Source of the DNA: Eledone cirrhosa
Taxonomy: Eukaryota
DNA: 64,000 nt
Reading direction: 5' to 3'
NCBI GenBank assembly: GCA_964016885.1
Contig: OZ024740.1
Location: forward strand, 220,782,001 to 220,846,000
Of this stretch, positions 23,941-37,266 are shown in pieces. How positions within the stretch are numbered: the stretch's first letter is position 1; each line of letters starts with the position of its first letter. Below the pieces are notes generated by a model. The model searched no databases. It was not told the origin of the DNA and saw only the letters and a program-made list of their open reading frames with translations. Both the position numbers and the translations under genes were made by a program.

Positions 23941-24747
23941 GACGAGCATGATTCGATCCGGCAATCTCACTATCCATTCAAAGCCACCTGGATTTAAAAT
24001 GTCTGCTATACTGACGCCAATGGACAAAACTTTACACATCTTCACTATAGTTAACTGTCAGTTGACCAATCGGACATTAAATCAATTGGCATCCCTCTAC
24101 TTTTTTATAGACACATCCTCTCATACACAACGCTACCATCAATCTTCACTTCCATTAAGATAATTCCTTCAAAATACCCAAACCTTAATCACCCGTCTGT
24201 TATTGTCTTTTTATTTTTTATCTTTTGTTTTTTTTTAAAATTATTTTTATTATTTTTTATTCTTTATTTCATACTCCGTCGATTCATGAATTTAACCCAC
24301 TGTATTGGAATGGCGCTAATTCGCCATCATCCCATTTTATTACACTGACCAGTATCTTGCTTATCATACCATCTCTTCATACCACTTCCGTCACTTTTTC
24401 CATGTTGTTATTATTATTAAGGTAGTGAGGACTATCAAGTGGTAGTGGCAGTGCCACAACAAAATGCTCAGTACACTGTAAAGTGATTGGCATTAGGAAC
24501 AGAATCCAGCAACAGAAACCATGCCAAAATATGGAATGTATATATGGGCAAGACAAGGTAATCTGTCCTGTCAAGTCTTGGAGTATGACAGCACATCCAA
24601 CCCATGCCAGCATGGAAAACAAATTTCTGATTAGGATGATGATATAAATAAAAGTATCAACACAATCAGAAGGTTAATAATCCTTTCTAATTTAGGCACA
24701 AAGCCAGCAATACGAGGTTGTAGAAGTTGATTAAAGTAAAAAAAGGA

Positions 24748-24935
24748 TTGGCAGTATCGGTAGAGGGTCGGACGCCATGCTTTCCAGCATAGTTACATCC
24801 CTTTACGATCTGAGTTCAAATCCCGCCGAGGTTGACTTTGCCTTTCATCCTTACGGGGTCGATAAAATAAAGTACCAGTAATGCACTGGATATTTGCTGG
24901 CCTTGTGCCTAAAGTAGAAACAATTATTATTATTG
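24748..24935 (+). mobile_element. tRNA-derived SINE (Meta-like core) with (ATT)n tail
   Basis: A/B boxes, core, tail GGCCTTGTGCCTAAAGTAGAAACAATTATTATT. Confidence 0.9.
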
Positions 24936-24947
24936 TCATTATTATTT

Positions 24948-27900
24948 GGACGCACATGTGTGAAGACGTACAAGTCGGCGTGGGGGAAAAGGTTCGTAAT
25001 TTTAAGCTGTTTTAAAGTATCATTTTTTGTATTTTCTTGTCGATAACGAAGCATAAGGTACTAACCTTGGTTCCAAGGAAGGGAGACCTCTCAATATTCG
25101 GACTTTAAGCCCGAATATTCAGATTTATTTTTAAAAACTTCGAAAACAAATCCCCCCCCCCCCCCCCCAATGGAAATTTTCGACCTTGAAACGGCAAACA
25201 ACGTACAGTTCAAAAGTTCAAAAACAGCCACGATAGATCTCACCACAACTACTACTACTACTACTACTACTACAGACATGTCTGTCGTCCACTCCACTGA
25301 ATGTGAAGGCAAAACACAAGAGTTACCATCACTTCTCCGTTCTGTGATAGTAGCAGTACCATCTCAAAACGACATCACCACCACCACCACCACCACCGCC
25401 ACAACAACTCAGAACAACAACGACAATAACACCGACAGCCTCAATGTAAACACTGATGGCGGTGGCAACAGCAACAACAAACAACAACAACAACAACAAC
25501 ACCAACAACAACAACAAGAACGACAACACCAACAACAAGAGCAACTGAGGCGCCACCTTTGCAGATGCAGCAGCGAAAACAAAGCGCTTCTTCAATGTAG
25601 ATATTAACGATAAGGATCCACAGTTGGCCCAGGCGTGGAGGTTAATTAAACGAGAGAAGTCCTGGGCAAACCTGACCATCCCGGACGGGGCAATAGCGAC
25701 CATGCAAAGGAGGACGATGTACTTTCGATGTCAAGCAGAGGTCGAGGCTGCTTTAAAGTGCATCGGAAGTGACATCGAGTACAAAGCAAAGGCCAAGCAG
25801 TTCGGTACCATCTCGGTACTGTTCAAAACCGAGGCCCTTGCTATTAAGTACTCGGTGACCCACTGCAGAACGGAACGCATTATCATGCACCTGTCCTACA
25901 TGGGCTAAAGGACAGTTAAGGTCTGCATTCCCAGGATACCACCAGGAACGAACATATGGTGGCTCCTGGGATGTATAATCGAGGAGGGGACAGACACTAC
26001 CCTCCTGGATATCAAAAGGACAGACAGAGAAGACTGGTCCGGAATGGATTTGGAGATTTTTCTCCAAATGAAACCAAGGACATCAACAACATACCGGATT
26101 TTGCCCGCCTGCAGGACGGGACAACAATCCAATTAATCACTGAGGGAAGAAGGCCGCACTGCTTCGTCTGCGGGGAAGCAACGCATCTGCAAGCCTTCTA
26201 CCCTCAGCTCAAAAATGCAGGGGATCAGAAACCTCTTTTGTAGCCAACGCCAGTGTCAGCACGGAAAGTTGCACCACCACCACCAAAAACAACACCAGCA
26301 ATGACACGGGTAACCTCACCAACATCAAAAACAGTCGGACCACCACCGACATGGAACCAATCAAAGAGGAAAACGGGGAAATCTTTCCCACTTCCCCTAC
26401 CCCTCCCATTATACACATAGACAAAACAATAAATGCACACACAGACACAGATACACTCACAGCCACACACCCTTTGTCTTCCAGCAGTGAAGATGAAGGA
26501 AAACCAAAAAAGTGCAAAAAACAAAAAAACAAAAGAGAAAACTCACCAAAAAAAAGCCCCAACAAAAACACAAAAACATACACAACAAAATATACAGACA
26601 CCACTAACGCAAACACTTCCCCAATAACATCAACATGAACACCACCCCACAATCCCCGAAACGCAAACAACCTAAACAAAGACAAGAACAAATAAACACA
26701 CAGACACCTGAAATTGCAGACACCACACCTACAACAAACACAGACATACCCGAAACAACACCACACAGTCACCAAAACGAAAACAAATAAAACCACACCA
26801 AAAAAACATTAAAAACTACGTGCTAGTCAGAAGGGCGATATAAATTGATGGTCCTCTTAGCACGAAGCGAGGACATCCAAACAGAGGGAGAGATCTTTGA
26901 ATTGAGCACATTTTGCGTGCCAGAAGATTTGCATCTGGTGCCAATGTCGCTCGATTCCTACAAAGAAATTCGAGAGAGCTTTCCTTTAGACGTGGGAACC
27001 CCGAATGTGAAACCCACATCGAGACCTTTAAAGAGATCCCCAAAAGAAACCCCACCAACCATCGAGATCGAACCACCCGACCTTCACAAGACCCCGGGAG
27101 GTAAGTAAACCTCCCCTCTCTCTTTTAGCTTGCCAACATGGCCATACTAAGAGTAGTAAGTTTAAATGTTCGCCGCCTGGGGTCACCTTGGAAGCAGGGT
27201 CGCCTGCTCAACGACCTCATGTCTCTGGAAATGGATGTGATTGCCGTCAGCGAGACCAGGATTTCCGATACGCGCGCACTAGCCCCAATTTTCGACGACT
27301 ATCAGATCTTCGCATCTGTTAGCAGGCCGGGAATGGGAGGTGTGGTGACAGTGCTGTTTAGGAAAGGCTTGGATCTCGAGGTAAGGTCGATCTTCCGGGA
27401 CCCGGACGGTATGTCGGTGGTCCTGGATGTGAGCAGTAGCGAAGGTGGTGCCTTTAGACTGCTGGCCGTTTACGCCCCTACTGGAGCCGGACGACCGGAC
27501 TTCTTTAGGCGCCTGGAAACCTTTCTGGGTACGTCTCGCCCTCTACTGTTAGCGGGGGTCTGGAACGGCATCTTAGACACACGCTGGGATTGTGTGGGAG
27601 TAGCTGATAGGAGTGGGGTGTGGTGCAAAGGCCTCAAACACCTAATCAGCTAGTTCCAATTGTCTGACAGGTATCGACTAGATTTCCCTAATGCGCTAGT
27701 GTGGACGTGGACCAACCGCAAAGGGTCATCTAGATCGTATATAGACAGGATCTTCATTAGGAAAATAGATAGAAATAGTGTAGGCTGCCCCCTTTTTAAA
27801 ACGGGCGCCTATTCAGATCACAAATTTGTGATCTGTATAGTCGACCTAGATAAAACGCGTAGGTTGGGACCGGGTTACTGGAAGCTGAACATGTCATTTC

Positions 27901-30852
27901 CGGCACGTAAGGCTTACAAGGACCGAGTCAACAATTTAGTTAAGCAAAAGTTGACAGGGGGATCATCAGCAACAGATGGTGGTGGTGGTGGTGGTGGTGG
28001 TGGTGGTAGTGGGCTCTCAAAAGAGAGATTAGAGTAACTTCGATAGAGTTCAGCAAAGAAGTAGCGTTAGATAAAAATGGAAAGAAGGAGCTGGTAGATA
28101 AGTTAGACGAGGCTATTTGATGTGGCATTGCAACTGACGTGCTAGCGGCGAGAATGGCATTAGACCATTTCTTCAATGCGAAACACGAAGGTTGCATTGT
28201 CAGAGCTAAGGCGCGTGCGCTGAGAAACGAGGGAACCAAAGCTGTTCGATGGGCCCGCGTGGCAGAGGCGCACCGTGGTAATAAAACCACAATTCGGTCT
28301 TTGGCAGACCGAGACGGACACGAGGTAAGCGATTCCAAGCGGATGTGTGAGGCCTTTCGCCAGAACTTTGCTCGGTTGTTCGGGGAGAGTGGCGGGTCAG
28401 AGAGAGTAGCGGATGTCAGTACCTACCTTGATGGCTTGCCGAGCACCTCTACGGTCGACGCTGAGTGCTGCGAAAGGCCGATTACTTCAGCCGAAATTCA
28501 GGACGCCCTTGTCGGCTGCATGAGGCGCAAGACACCCGGTTTGGATGGCCTGCCCTACGAACTTTACGTAAATATGCTAGATTTGTTCTCTGATCTCCTC
28601 GAAGCACTCTACAGCAACTGGCAACATAATGGGATTATTCCCAGTTCTGTGAGCAGGGGAGTGGTGACGCTGATAAGGAAAGACGAGAACAAGAGGGATA
28701 CACTGGACAACTTCAGGCCCATAACTCTGCTCAACACAGAGTTTAAGATTTTGGCCAAGATGTTAGCAAATAGATTGGCGCTTGTCGTCGAGGATTTGGT
28801 TGGGGAGGCGCAAACTTGTGCAATCACAGCCAGGTCAATACACGACAATCTTCACCTCATGCGATACATCATAGAGAGGGTAGGGTGTAAACCTGGCTTC
28901 GGTGGGGCACAAATCAATTTAGATCAATCGAAAGCATTCGATAGGGTCGACCATCGGTATCTGGAGTTTGTCCTCAAAGCAGCTGGCTTCGGTCCTGTCT
29001 TCAGAAGCTGGATCGCTGCAATGCACAGCGGCACATGCTCGGTGGTCAAGGTTAATGGCTACCTCTCGGAACCATTTCGGCTCTCCCGATCGGTCCGTCA
29101 AGGGTGCCCTCTCTCTTCCCTTCTGTACGTATTGACTCTCGAGCCTTTACTGCGGAAGCTGGAGCTGTTGCAGGGCATTCCGCTCGAACCGGGACGTGGA
29201 AAGGCTGTATCGGCTTATACGGACGACATCACCGTGATGGAGTCGGAGACCTCAGAAATCGAGGTGGTCGGCACCTTATTGAAGGAATATGAAAGGTTGA
29301 CAGGAGCGAAACTTAACCCGGAAAACTAGGTGGGCTTGCAACTCGGCACCTGGCGAGGCAAGTCCATTCCGTCCAACACCGTCGTTGGGCGTTGGACGGA
29401 CGGACCGGTAAAGTTGCTCGGTGTTTGGTTTGGACCAGACCTCCAGGTGGAAACGGATTGGGACGAGGTAACGAGCAGGGTAGCCAGTCTCACGCAAAAA
29501 TAGGCTGCGAGGAAGCTATCACTGAAATGTCACGCGGAGGTGGCGAATGCGTAAATCGCGTCCGTCACATACTACCGCCTGACCGTCGTGCCTTGCCCCC
29601 GTCCGCGCCTCGTCAAGTTGGACCGGCTCCTCTTCAAATTCTTGTGGAGAGGACAAGTTCCGTTGGTGAGGCGGTCCATCTGCTGCCAGCACCCTCTACG
29701 CGGAGGGCTGGGCATGCCGTGGCTAATGATTCGCAGACATGCGCTGTGGCTGCGACATCTCCAGATCTTCTGCCTAAACGGTGAACAGGTGTGGTCGCCG
29801 TTTATCAGACGGGCCTTTCTGCAGCTCGTTTCTTTGACTGAGCTGCAGTCCTGGGTCAAGAAGAGACCGAGACTGGGTGACTGGCACCTGGAATGTTGCC
29901 AGGCACTCACTGCCTTCTACCAAGTGGGCAATGCGATCAGTGGAACTTCCACTCTCGAGTTCTATAGAGGATTAGTGGTGGGAAAGTGCGATGACGCACT
30001 CGGAGAAGCTTTGGGTCTCGACGTAGTCGAACTGTCCAGTCTGTTCCGGAGGACTTTCGAGCCGGGGACGATGGACAATTTCCAGAAATCCCTCGCTTGG
30101 CAGTGCTACAGGGGGGCACTGCCGGTTCGGGATAAACTCTACAGGCACGGAAATGCTGTCAGACGGACCTGCCAAGATCCGCACAGAGCGACGAAACCGT
30201 TCTGCACGCACTTGTCCAATGTCCATGCACTACTGACTTGTGGAATTATGTCGAACAGCTACTGTCGCGTGTGGAACGGATCCGGCTATCGACCCGCCGC
30301 CTTCCTTAGGTCAGGAAGAGCAGGCAATTTTCCTCTGTCTGGTGGCAGTTGCGAAAGAGGTTATATGGTGGACCAAATTGAAAGGACTGAAGACAGACAC
30401 TTTTCTCTTCGGCCAATCCCTCATCAACTTTTTCAAGTTTCACCTGGAAAGGAAGGTGAGGGTGGAGAGAGAAGTGCCCCCCCCCCAGTACATTTGCTAA
30501 AAGGTGGATAAATGTGACGAGAATGGCCCGTGTGAGTGGGCCTATTCTGACCATGTGCCTATAGGTTAGCTAATTTGAGGAGAGGGGTGCTCTCCCTGGG
30601 TGCCCCAGATGCGCTGGGTGGTTCAGGATTGGTGGGGTACCTGAGTCACCCCTGGGTCGTCCACCCCCTATAGGGAAATTTATTTTGTTATATTTATGCA
30701 TAGTTTATTTTATATTTTTATATCTTCATTGTTAAATTAGTCTTGCCATTGTGCACTTTTACTCGACGTTATTGTAAAGCCCCACTGTCCCTGTCTTTGT
30801 ATTGTCCCCTACATGTCGGCCCTTGTGGCTAATAAATGAAAATATTATTATT
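24948..30852 (+). mobile_element. L1/Tx1-type LINE copy B, full length, degenerate
   Basis: ORF1 remnants with CFVCGEATHLQAF, ORF2 ATG 27138 (SLNVRRL, YSDHK, RT motifs); ends CCTTGTGGCTAATAAATGAAAATATTATT. Confidence 0.95.
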
Positions 30853-30891
30853 GTCATTACTATTTTACGCTTCTATCCACTCATAATTGCA

Positions 30892-30973
<82 letters not shown>
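30892..30973. repeat. (ACT)n microsatellite
   Basis: Direct reading. Confidence 0.95.
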
Positions 30974-30975
30974 TT

Positions 30976-32810
30976 GTTATTATCAACAAATGGTGGTTTG
31001 CCCTGAAAAGAGCGATTAGAATAGAGTCCATTAGGTTTAGTAAAGCGTTAGTAATAGAGAAAAATAGAGCAGAGGGAGATCTAGTTAGAAAATTAGACGA
31101 GGCGCTTAGTAAAGGCATCGCGACCGACGTGCTTGCGGCGAAATTGACTCTAGACCAATTTTTCAACGCAAAGCTGCTTTGTCAGAGCTAGGGTGTGTGC
31201 TCTCAGACACGAGGGGGCGAAAGCCGTTGAATGGGCCCAGGTGGCGGAGGCGCGTCGTGGCAACAAAGCCACGATCCGGTCTTTGGCGGACCACGACGGG
31301 CGCATGCTACTCGATCCCGGGCAGATGTGTGCGGCTTTTCAGCAGCACTTTGCTCAGCTGTTCGGGGGGAAGTGGCGAGCCACATCGCGGAGTGGACTTT
31401 AGTGCCTACCTCGACGGACTGCCGCGGCTCTCGGCCACTGAGGCGGAGTGTTGCGAAAGGCCGATATTAGCTGCTGAAGTACGGGAGGCAATGACTAGCT
31501 GCACAATGGGTAAATCGCCTGGTTTGGATGGTCTGCCCTACGAATTTTACGTACATATGCCAGACTTGCGTACATATGCCAGACTTGCAACGTCTACTGC
31601 AACTGGCAACAGAACGGGAGAATTCCCAGCTCTGTAGGCCGAGGAGCGGTCGCGCTGCCGAGAAAGGATCCGAACAAGGGGGATACCATAGATAATTTCA
31701 ACCCCATAACTCTGTAAAACACAGACTTCAAGATTTTAGCTAAGGTGCTAGCAAAGAGGTTGGCGCTTGTCGTTGGTGGTCTAGTGGGAGAGGCGCAAAC
31801 ATGCATCATTCCAGATGGATCCATCTACGACAACCTCCACCTCATGTGATACATTGTAGAGAGGGTAGCTAAGGAACCTGGCATGGGTGGGTCCTTGATC
31901 AATTTAGATCAGTGGAAAGCTTTCGATAGGGTCGACCATCGTCATCTGGCGGCAGTCCTGAGAGCCTGTCTTCAGAGGCTGGATTACTGCCATGCACAGG
32001 GAATCTGCTCTGTGGTGAGAGTGAACCGTCACCTTTCGGAACCGTTAAACATCATGCGCTGGGTCCGCCAAGGATGTCCCCTCTCGTCCCTGTTGTACGT
32101 ATTGACTCTCGAACATTACTGCACAAACTGGAGACGTTGAGGGCGGTCCCGCACGAACTAGGATGCGGAAGAACCATGTCAGCATATGCAGACGACGTCA
32201 CAGTAGTGGTGTCGAACGCCAAACACATCGAGGCGATCGGTACTACACTAAGAGAATACGAGGCGGTGACAGGAGCAATGATCAACCAGGAAAAATCAGT
32301 GGGCCTGCAACTCGGCACCTGGAGAAGCAGGTCCATGCCATCCAACAGCGTCGTCGGGCGCTGGACGGACGGACCGGTTAAATTGCTAGGGGTCTGGTTC
32401 GGTCCGGACATCCAGACGGACAAACACTAGGACGAGGTGACGAGCAAGGTGGCTTCTCTCACCCAGAAATGGGCCGAGAGGAAGCTATCCATGAAAGGTC
32501 GAGCGGAGGTGGTGAACGCGTACATCGCGTTCGTCATCTACTACCGCCTGACCGTCATGCCTTGACCTAAGCCTCGCCTGACTGCACTGGAGAGTTTGCT
32601 CTTTCGCTTTTTGTGGAAAGGACGTGCTCCGATGGTCAGGCGGTCCATCTGCTGTCAACACCCGCTACGCGGAGGGCTGGGCAAGCCGTGGCTGATGATG
32701 CGCAGACACGCGCTCAGGCTACGACATCTCCACCTCTTCCTCGACGGTGATCAGGTGTGGTCGCCCTTTGCTAGACGCGTGGCCAATAAAGAAACCATTA
32801 TTATTATTAT
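30976..32810 (+). mobile_element. Tx1-type copy C, 5'-truncated, internal deletion joining RT C-terminus directly to the 3' terminus
   Basis: RT motifs (YADD); ...GACGCGT|GGCCAATAAAGAAACCATTATT at ~32780. Confidence 0.9.
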
Positions 32811-33911
32811 TTGCTCGGGGTCTGGTTCGGACAGGACCTCCAGATGGAGAAAAACTGGAGCGAGGTGACGAGCAAGGTGGCCTCCCTCACCCAGAAATGG
32901 GCCTTGAGAGGAAGCTGTCCCTGAAAGGATGGGCGGAGGTGGCCAATGCGTACATCGCATCCGTCATCTGCTACCGCCTCACCGTCGTCCCTTGACCCGG
33001 CCCAACTCTCACCAAAATGGAGCACCTCCTCTTCCGCTTTTTGTGGGCGTCGAAGAAGATCAGCTGTTTGCTCTTTTCCGGAGAACTTTCAGCCCAGGGC
33101 CTATGGATAACTTCCCAAAATCCCTGGTCTGGCAGTGCTACCAGGGAGCGTTGCCGGTTCGAGATAAGCTCTACAGACACGGAAGTGCCGTCAGCCGAGC
33201 CTGTCCGAGATGCGCGCAGAGCGACGAAACCGTCGTGCACGCACTCGTTCAGTGCCCGAGCATTCCTGACTTGTGGAGCCATGTTGAGCAGTTGCTGTCG
33301 CGTGTAGGACTGATCCGGTTATCGACTGAGTCCATTGTGCAGATGGTCTCGCCGTCTTCCTTCGAGGGGGAAGGGCAGGCGGTTTTCATCTGCCTGGTGG
33401 CCATGGCTAAAGAGATTGTGTGGGGGACAAGGTTGAAAGGGTTAAAGACAGACACTTTCCTCTTCGGCGAATCCCTAATTAACTTTTTCAAGTTTCACTT
33501 GAAGAGGAAAATCAGGGTGGAGAGGCAAATGCTGCTTTCTAGCAAGTTTGTTGAAAGGTGGGTTAATGTAGCGAGAATGGTCCGAGTAAACAAGACCACT
33601 CTGAATATACGTCTGTAGTTTGAGAGATGGGAAAAATTGAGAGAGGGCGCTTGCCCTGGTGGTCAGGGTGGCCGTGGTCTTTTGTGTCGTTTTCGCCACG
33701 AGTAACTCTCGGAGGTTTCCCCCCTATTGGGGAATTTTTCATTGTTTCAATTTTCATTTTTATTGTTTATATATATATGTTTCTATGTCTTTTTCTTTTT
33801 CTTTTCTTATATAAATAATAAAAATATTTACACGAACAAAACCCACATCGTACCGTCCTGTGCTGTCTGTGATGTTTTTCTTGATGTCAGCCCTTGTGGC
33901 CAATAAAGAAA

Positions 33912-33952
<41 letters not shown>
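32811..33952 (+). mobile_element. Tx1-type copy D, 5'-truncated, internally deleted
   Basis: C-terminal ORF2 incl. CPRC..H....C; 3' UTR similar to copy A; (ATT)n tail. Confidence 0.9.
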
Positions 33953-35665
33953 GTTCTTTGAGTCTCAGTCATTGATGTTAGTTAACTGGAAAGTTTGTTG
34001 AAATGAATATCAAGCCACTATCTGCAGCCTCAGATATTCAGGACGTATCGGAGGGTTCTTGCCGTTCCCAGCAAGCATGCCTTTTGAAGTGTTCCAAAAA
34101 GCGGGGCGGGGCCAATTTTCTTTAACCATCCCTGGAAACTTTTTGAGATAGTACCTAGTGCGCCTATGACAATCGGGACCACTTTGACTTCATGGCAGTT
34201 CCAAATCCTTTTTACCTCCCACTTTAAGTCCTGGTATCGGTTAATTTTCTCCCTCTCCTTCTCTTGTACTCTCGTGTCGAATGGGCAGGCCACATCCACA
34301 ATCAGGCACGATCTTTTTTCCTTGTCCAAAACCACCAGGTCAGGTCTATTGTGTTCCAGTTTCTTGTCCGTCTGTATCCTAAAATCCCACAGCACCTTCA
34401 CCTGATCGTTCTCCATCACCGCTTCTGGCTTATGCTCATACCATTTCTCAGAATGTTGTAACTTGTTTACTTTGCATAGATGCCAGTGGATCACCCTGCC
34501 CATCACATCATGTCTCCAACCTTTATCGTGAGTCTGGGCTAGGTGTTTACACTCGGATACAACGTGAGCCACAGTCTCCTCTCTCTCTCCACAGATCCTG
34601 CACAGTGGGCTAGCCTCCTCCTTGTAAATATGGTGTTTCAGCCACTTCGTTTTGAGGGCCTGCTCCTGCGCAGCCATTAGCATTCCTTCTGTAGCCTTTT
34701 TAAGGTCTCCTCTTCTCAACCAGTTCCATGTCTGTGGATCTCTGAATTCCGTTTTCTCAAAGAAGGTACTATGAAGGGATTTTTCATGAAGGTTGCTCTT
34801 TCTCCTTGCTGTTATTTCCTCCTTGGACATCTCCTGGTCTATTGTCCTCTCCTTCAGTACAATTCTGAGCATTGGCTCCTTACTATCGGTCACGTATTTG
34901 TGTAGGTTGTTTTTCTCCATTTGAACACAGTCCTCTATGCTGATAAGACCTCTTCCACCTTCAGATCTCCTTAAGTAGAGTCTATCGACATCATTCCTCT
35001 TGTGGAACATGTTGTAGATAGTCAATAGCTTCCTAGTCTTCCTATCCATTTCTTTTTGTTCAGCAACATTCCATCTCAGAATTCCCGCACTGTACCTAAT
35101 AATAGACACAGCTCGGGAATTTACTGCGCTTATGGCATTTCTGCTGTTCAGATGTGACTTCAATACGCTCCTTACTCTCCGAATGTATTCAGTTCTTAAC
35201 AATTCCTTCATTTTTTTGTTCTTTATGCCATCAGCCTCCAGAACGCCCAAATACTTGTATCCTTCCTCAGAGTCAATTTCCTTTATCATCTCACCTGTTG
35301 GTATCTGGATTCCGTTACTTCTGCTCAACCTACCCCTCCTCATCACAAGGACTCCACACTTACTAATACCAAATTGCATATATATATCACTGCTGAAAAT
35401 ACGGACAGTGTCAACAAGCACATCCAACTCCTTCTCACTCTTCCCGAAGAGCTTAAGATCGTCCATGAAGAGGAGGTGATTGATGGTAAGCCCTCCCTTT
35501 CCCAACCTGTATCCTGCTCTCACTTTTCGCAGTACACTGGTCAGGGGCATCAGGGCAAGAACAAACAACAGAGGGGACAGACTATCTCCCTGGAAGATAC
35601 CTCTCTTGATCTTCACGCTTCCCAAGGATTCTCCAGTTGATGTCAACTCTGTTTCCCAGGACCTC
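33953..35665 (-). mobile_element. R4/Dong-clade RLE retrotransposon copy 1, 5'-truncated, ORF still open
   Basis: GIFQGDSLSP, HLLFMDD, EGGRGL, CRICGEREETVAHVVSEC, RHD, RPDLV..D..P.D (RLE); flanked on both sides by (AAT)n. Confidence 0.93.
34030..35665 (-). CDS. RT-thumb-CCHC-RLE polyprotein fragment of R4/Dong element
   Basis: Uninterrupted ORF in the track (34030-35721; the first residues derive from the microsatellite). Confidence 0.85.
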
Positions 35666-35700
35666 ATTATTATTATTATTATTATTATTATTGTTGTTGT

Positions 35701-36020
35701 TATTCCTTGAATCTCAGTCATTGATGTTGGTTAACTGGAAAGTCCGTTGGATTGAATATCAAGCCACTACCTGCAGCCTCAGATATTCAGGACGTATCGG
35801 AGGGTTCTTGCTGTTCCAAGCAAGCATGCCTTTTGAAGCGTTCCAAAAAGCGTGAAGGGGCCGATTTTCTTTAACCATCCCTGGAAACTTTTGGAGATAG
35901 TCCCCAGTGCGCCTATGACAATCGGGATCACTTTGACTTCATGGCAGTTCCAAATCCTTTTCACCTCCCACTTTAGGTCCTGGTATCGGTTAATTTTCTC
36001 CCTCTCCTTCTCTTGCACAC
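35701..36020 (-). mobile_element. R4/Dong copy 2, short 3' fragment
   Basis: Nearly identical to the 3' end of copy 3; (AAT)n both sides. Confidence 0.9.
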
Positions 36021-36050
36021 TATTATTATTATTATTATTATTGTTATTGT

Positions 36051-37215
36051 TATTCCTTGAATCTCAGTCATTGATGTTGGTTAACTGGAAAGTCCGTTGG
36101 ATTGAATATCAAGCCACTACCTGCAGCCTCAGATATTCAGGACGTATCGGAGGGTTCTTGCCGTTCCAAGCAAGCATGCCTTTTGAAGCGTTCCAAAAAG
36201 CGTGAAGGGGCCGATTTTCTTTAACCATCCCTGGAAACCTTTGGAGATAGTCCCCAGTGCGCCTATGACAATCGGGATCACTTTGACTTCATGGCAGTTC
36301 CAAATCCTTTTCACCTCCCACTTTAGGTCCTGGTATCGGTTAATTTTCTCCCTCTCCTTCTCTTGCACTCTCGTGTCGAACGGGCAGGCCACATCCACAA
36401 TCAGGCACGATCTTTTTTCTTTGTCCACAACCACCAGGTCAGGTCTATTGTGTTCCAGTTTTTTGTCCGTCTGTATCCTAAAATCCCACAGCACCTTCAC
36501 CTGACTGTTCTCCATCACCGCCTCTGGCCTATGCTCATACCATTTCTCAGAATGTGGTAGATTGTTTACTTTGCACAGGTGCCAGTGGATCACCCTGCCC
36601 ATCACATCGTGTCTCCAGCCCTTATAGTGGGTCTGGGCTAGGTGTTTACACTCGGACACAATGTGAGCCACAGTCTCCTCTCTCTCTCCACAGATCCTGC
36701 ACAGTGGGCTAGCCTCCTCCTTGTAGATATGGTGCTTCAACCACTTCGTTTTGAGGGCCTGCTCCTGCGCAGCCATTAGCATTCCTTCTGTAGCCTTTTT
36801 GAGGTCTCCTCTTCTCAACCAGTTCCATGTCTGTGGATCTCTAAATTCAGTTTTCTCAAAGAAGGTACTATGAAGGGATTTTCCCTTAAGGCTGCTCTTC
36901 CTCCTTGATGTTATTTCCTCCTTCGGTATCCCCTGGCCTACTGTCCCCTCCTTCAGTACAGTTCTGAGCATTGGCTCCTTACTATAGGTCACGTATTTGT
37001 ATAGGTTGTTTTTCTCCATCTGAACACAGTCCTCTATGCTGATAAGACCTCTTCCACCCTCAGATCTCCTTAGGTAGAGTCTATCGACATCACTCCTCTT
37101 GTGGAACATGTTGTAGATAGTCAATAGCTTCCTAGTCTTCCTATCCATTTCTTTTTGTTCAGCAACATTCCATCTCAGAATTCCCGCACTGTACCTAATA
37201 ATAGACACAGCTCGG

Positions 37216-37216
<1 letters not shown>
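36051..37216 (-). mobile_element. R4/Dong copy 3, 5'-truncated
   Basis: ORF 36129-37208 with CCHC and RLE; (AAT)n both sides. Confidence 0.93.

Positions 37217-37266
<50 letters not shown>

Noticed and set aside
24748-24825. tRNA gene (also 63420-63490)
   Set aside because: Only A/B boxes of SINE heads; no complete cloverleaf; continues into SINE body
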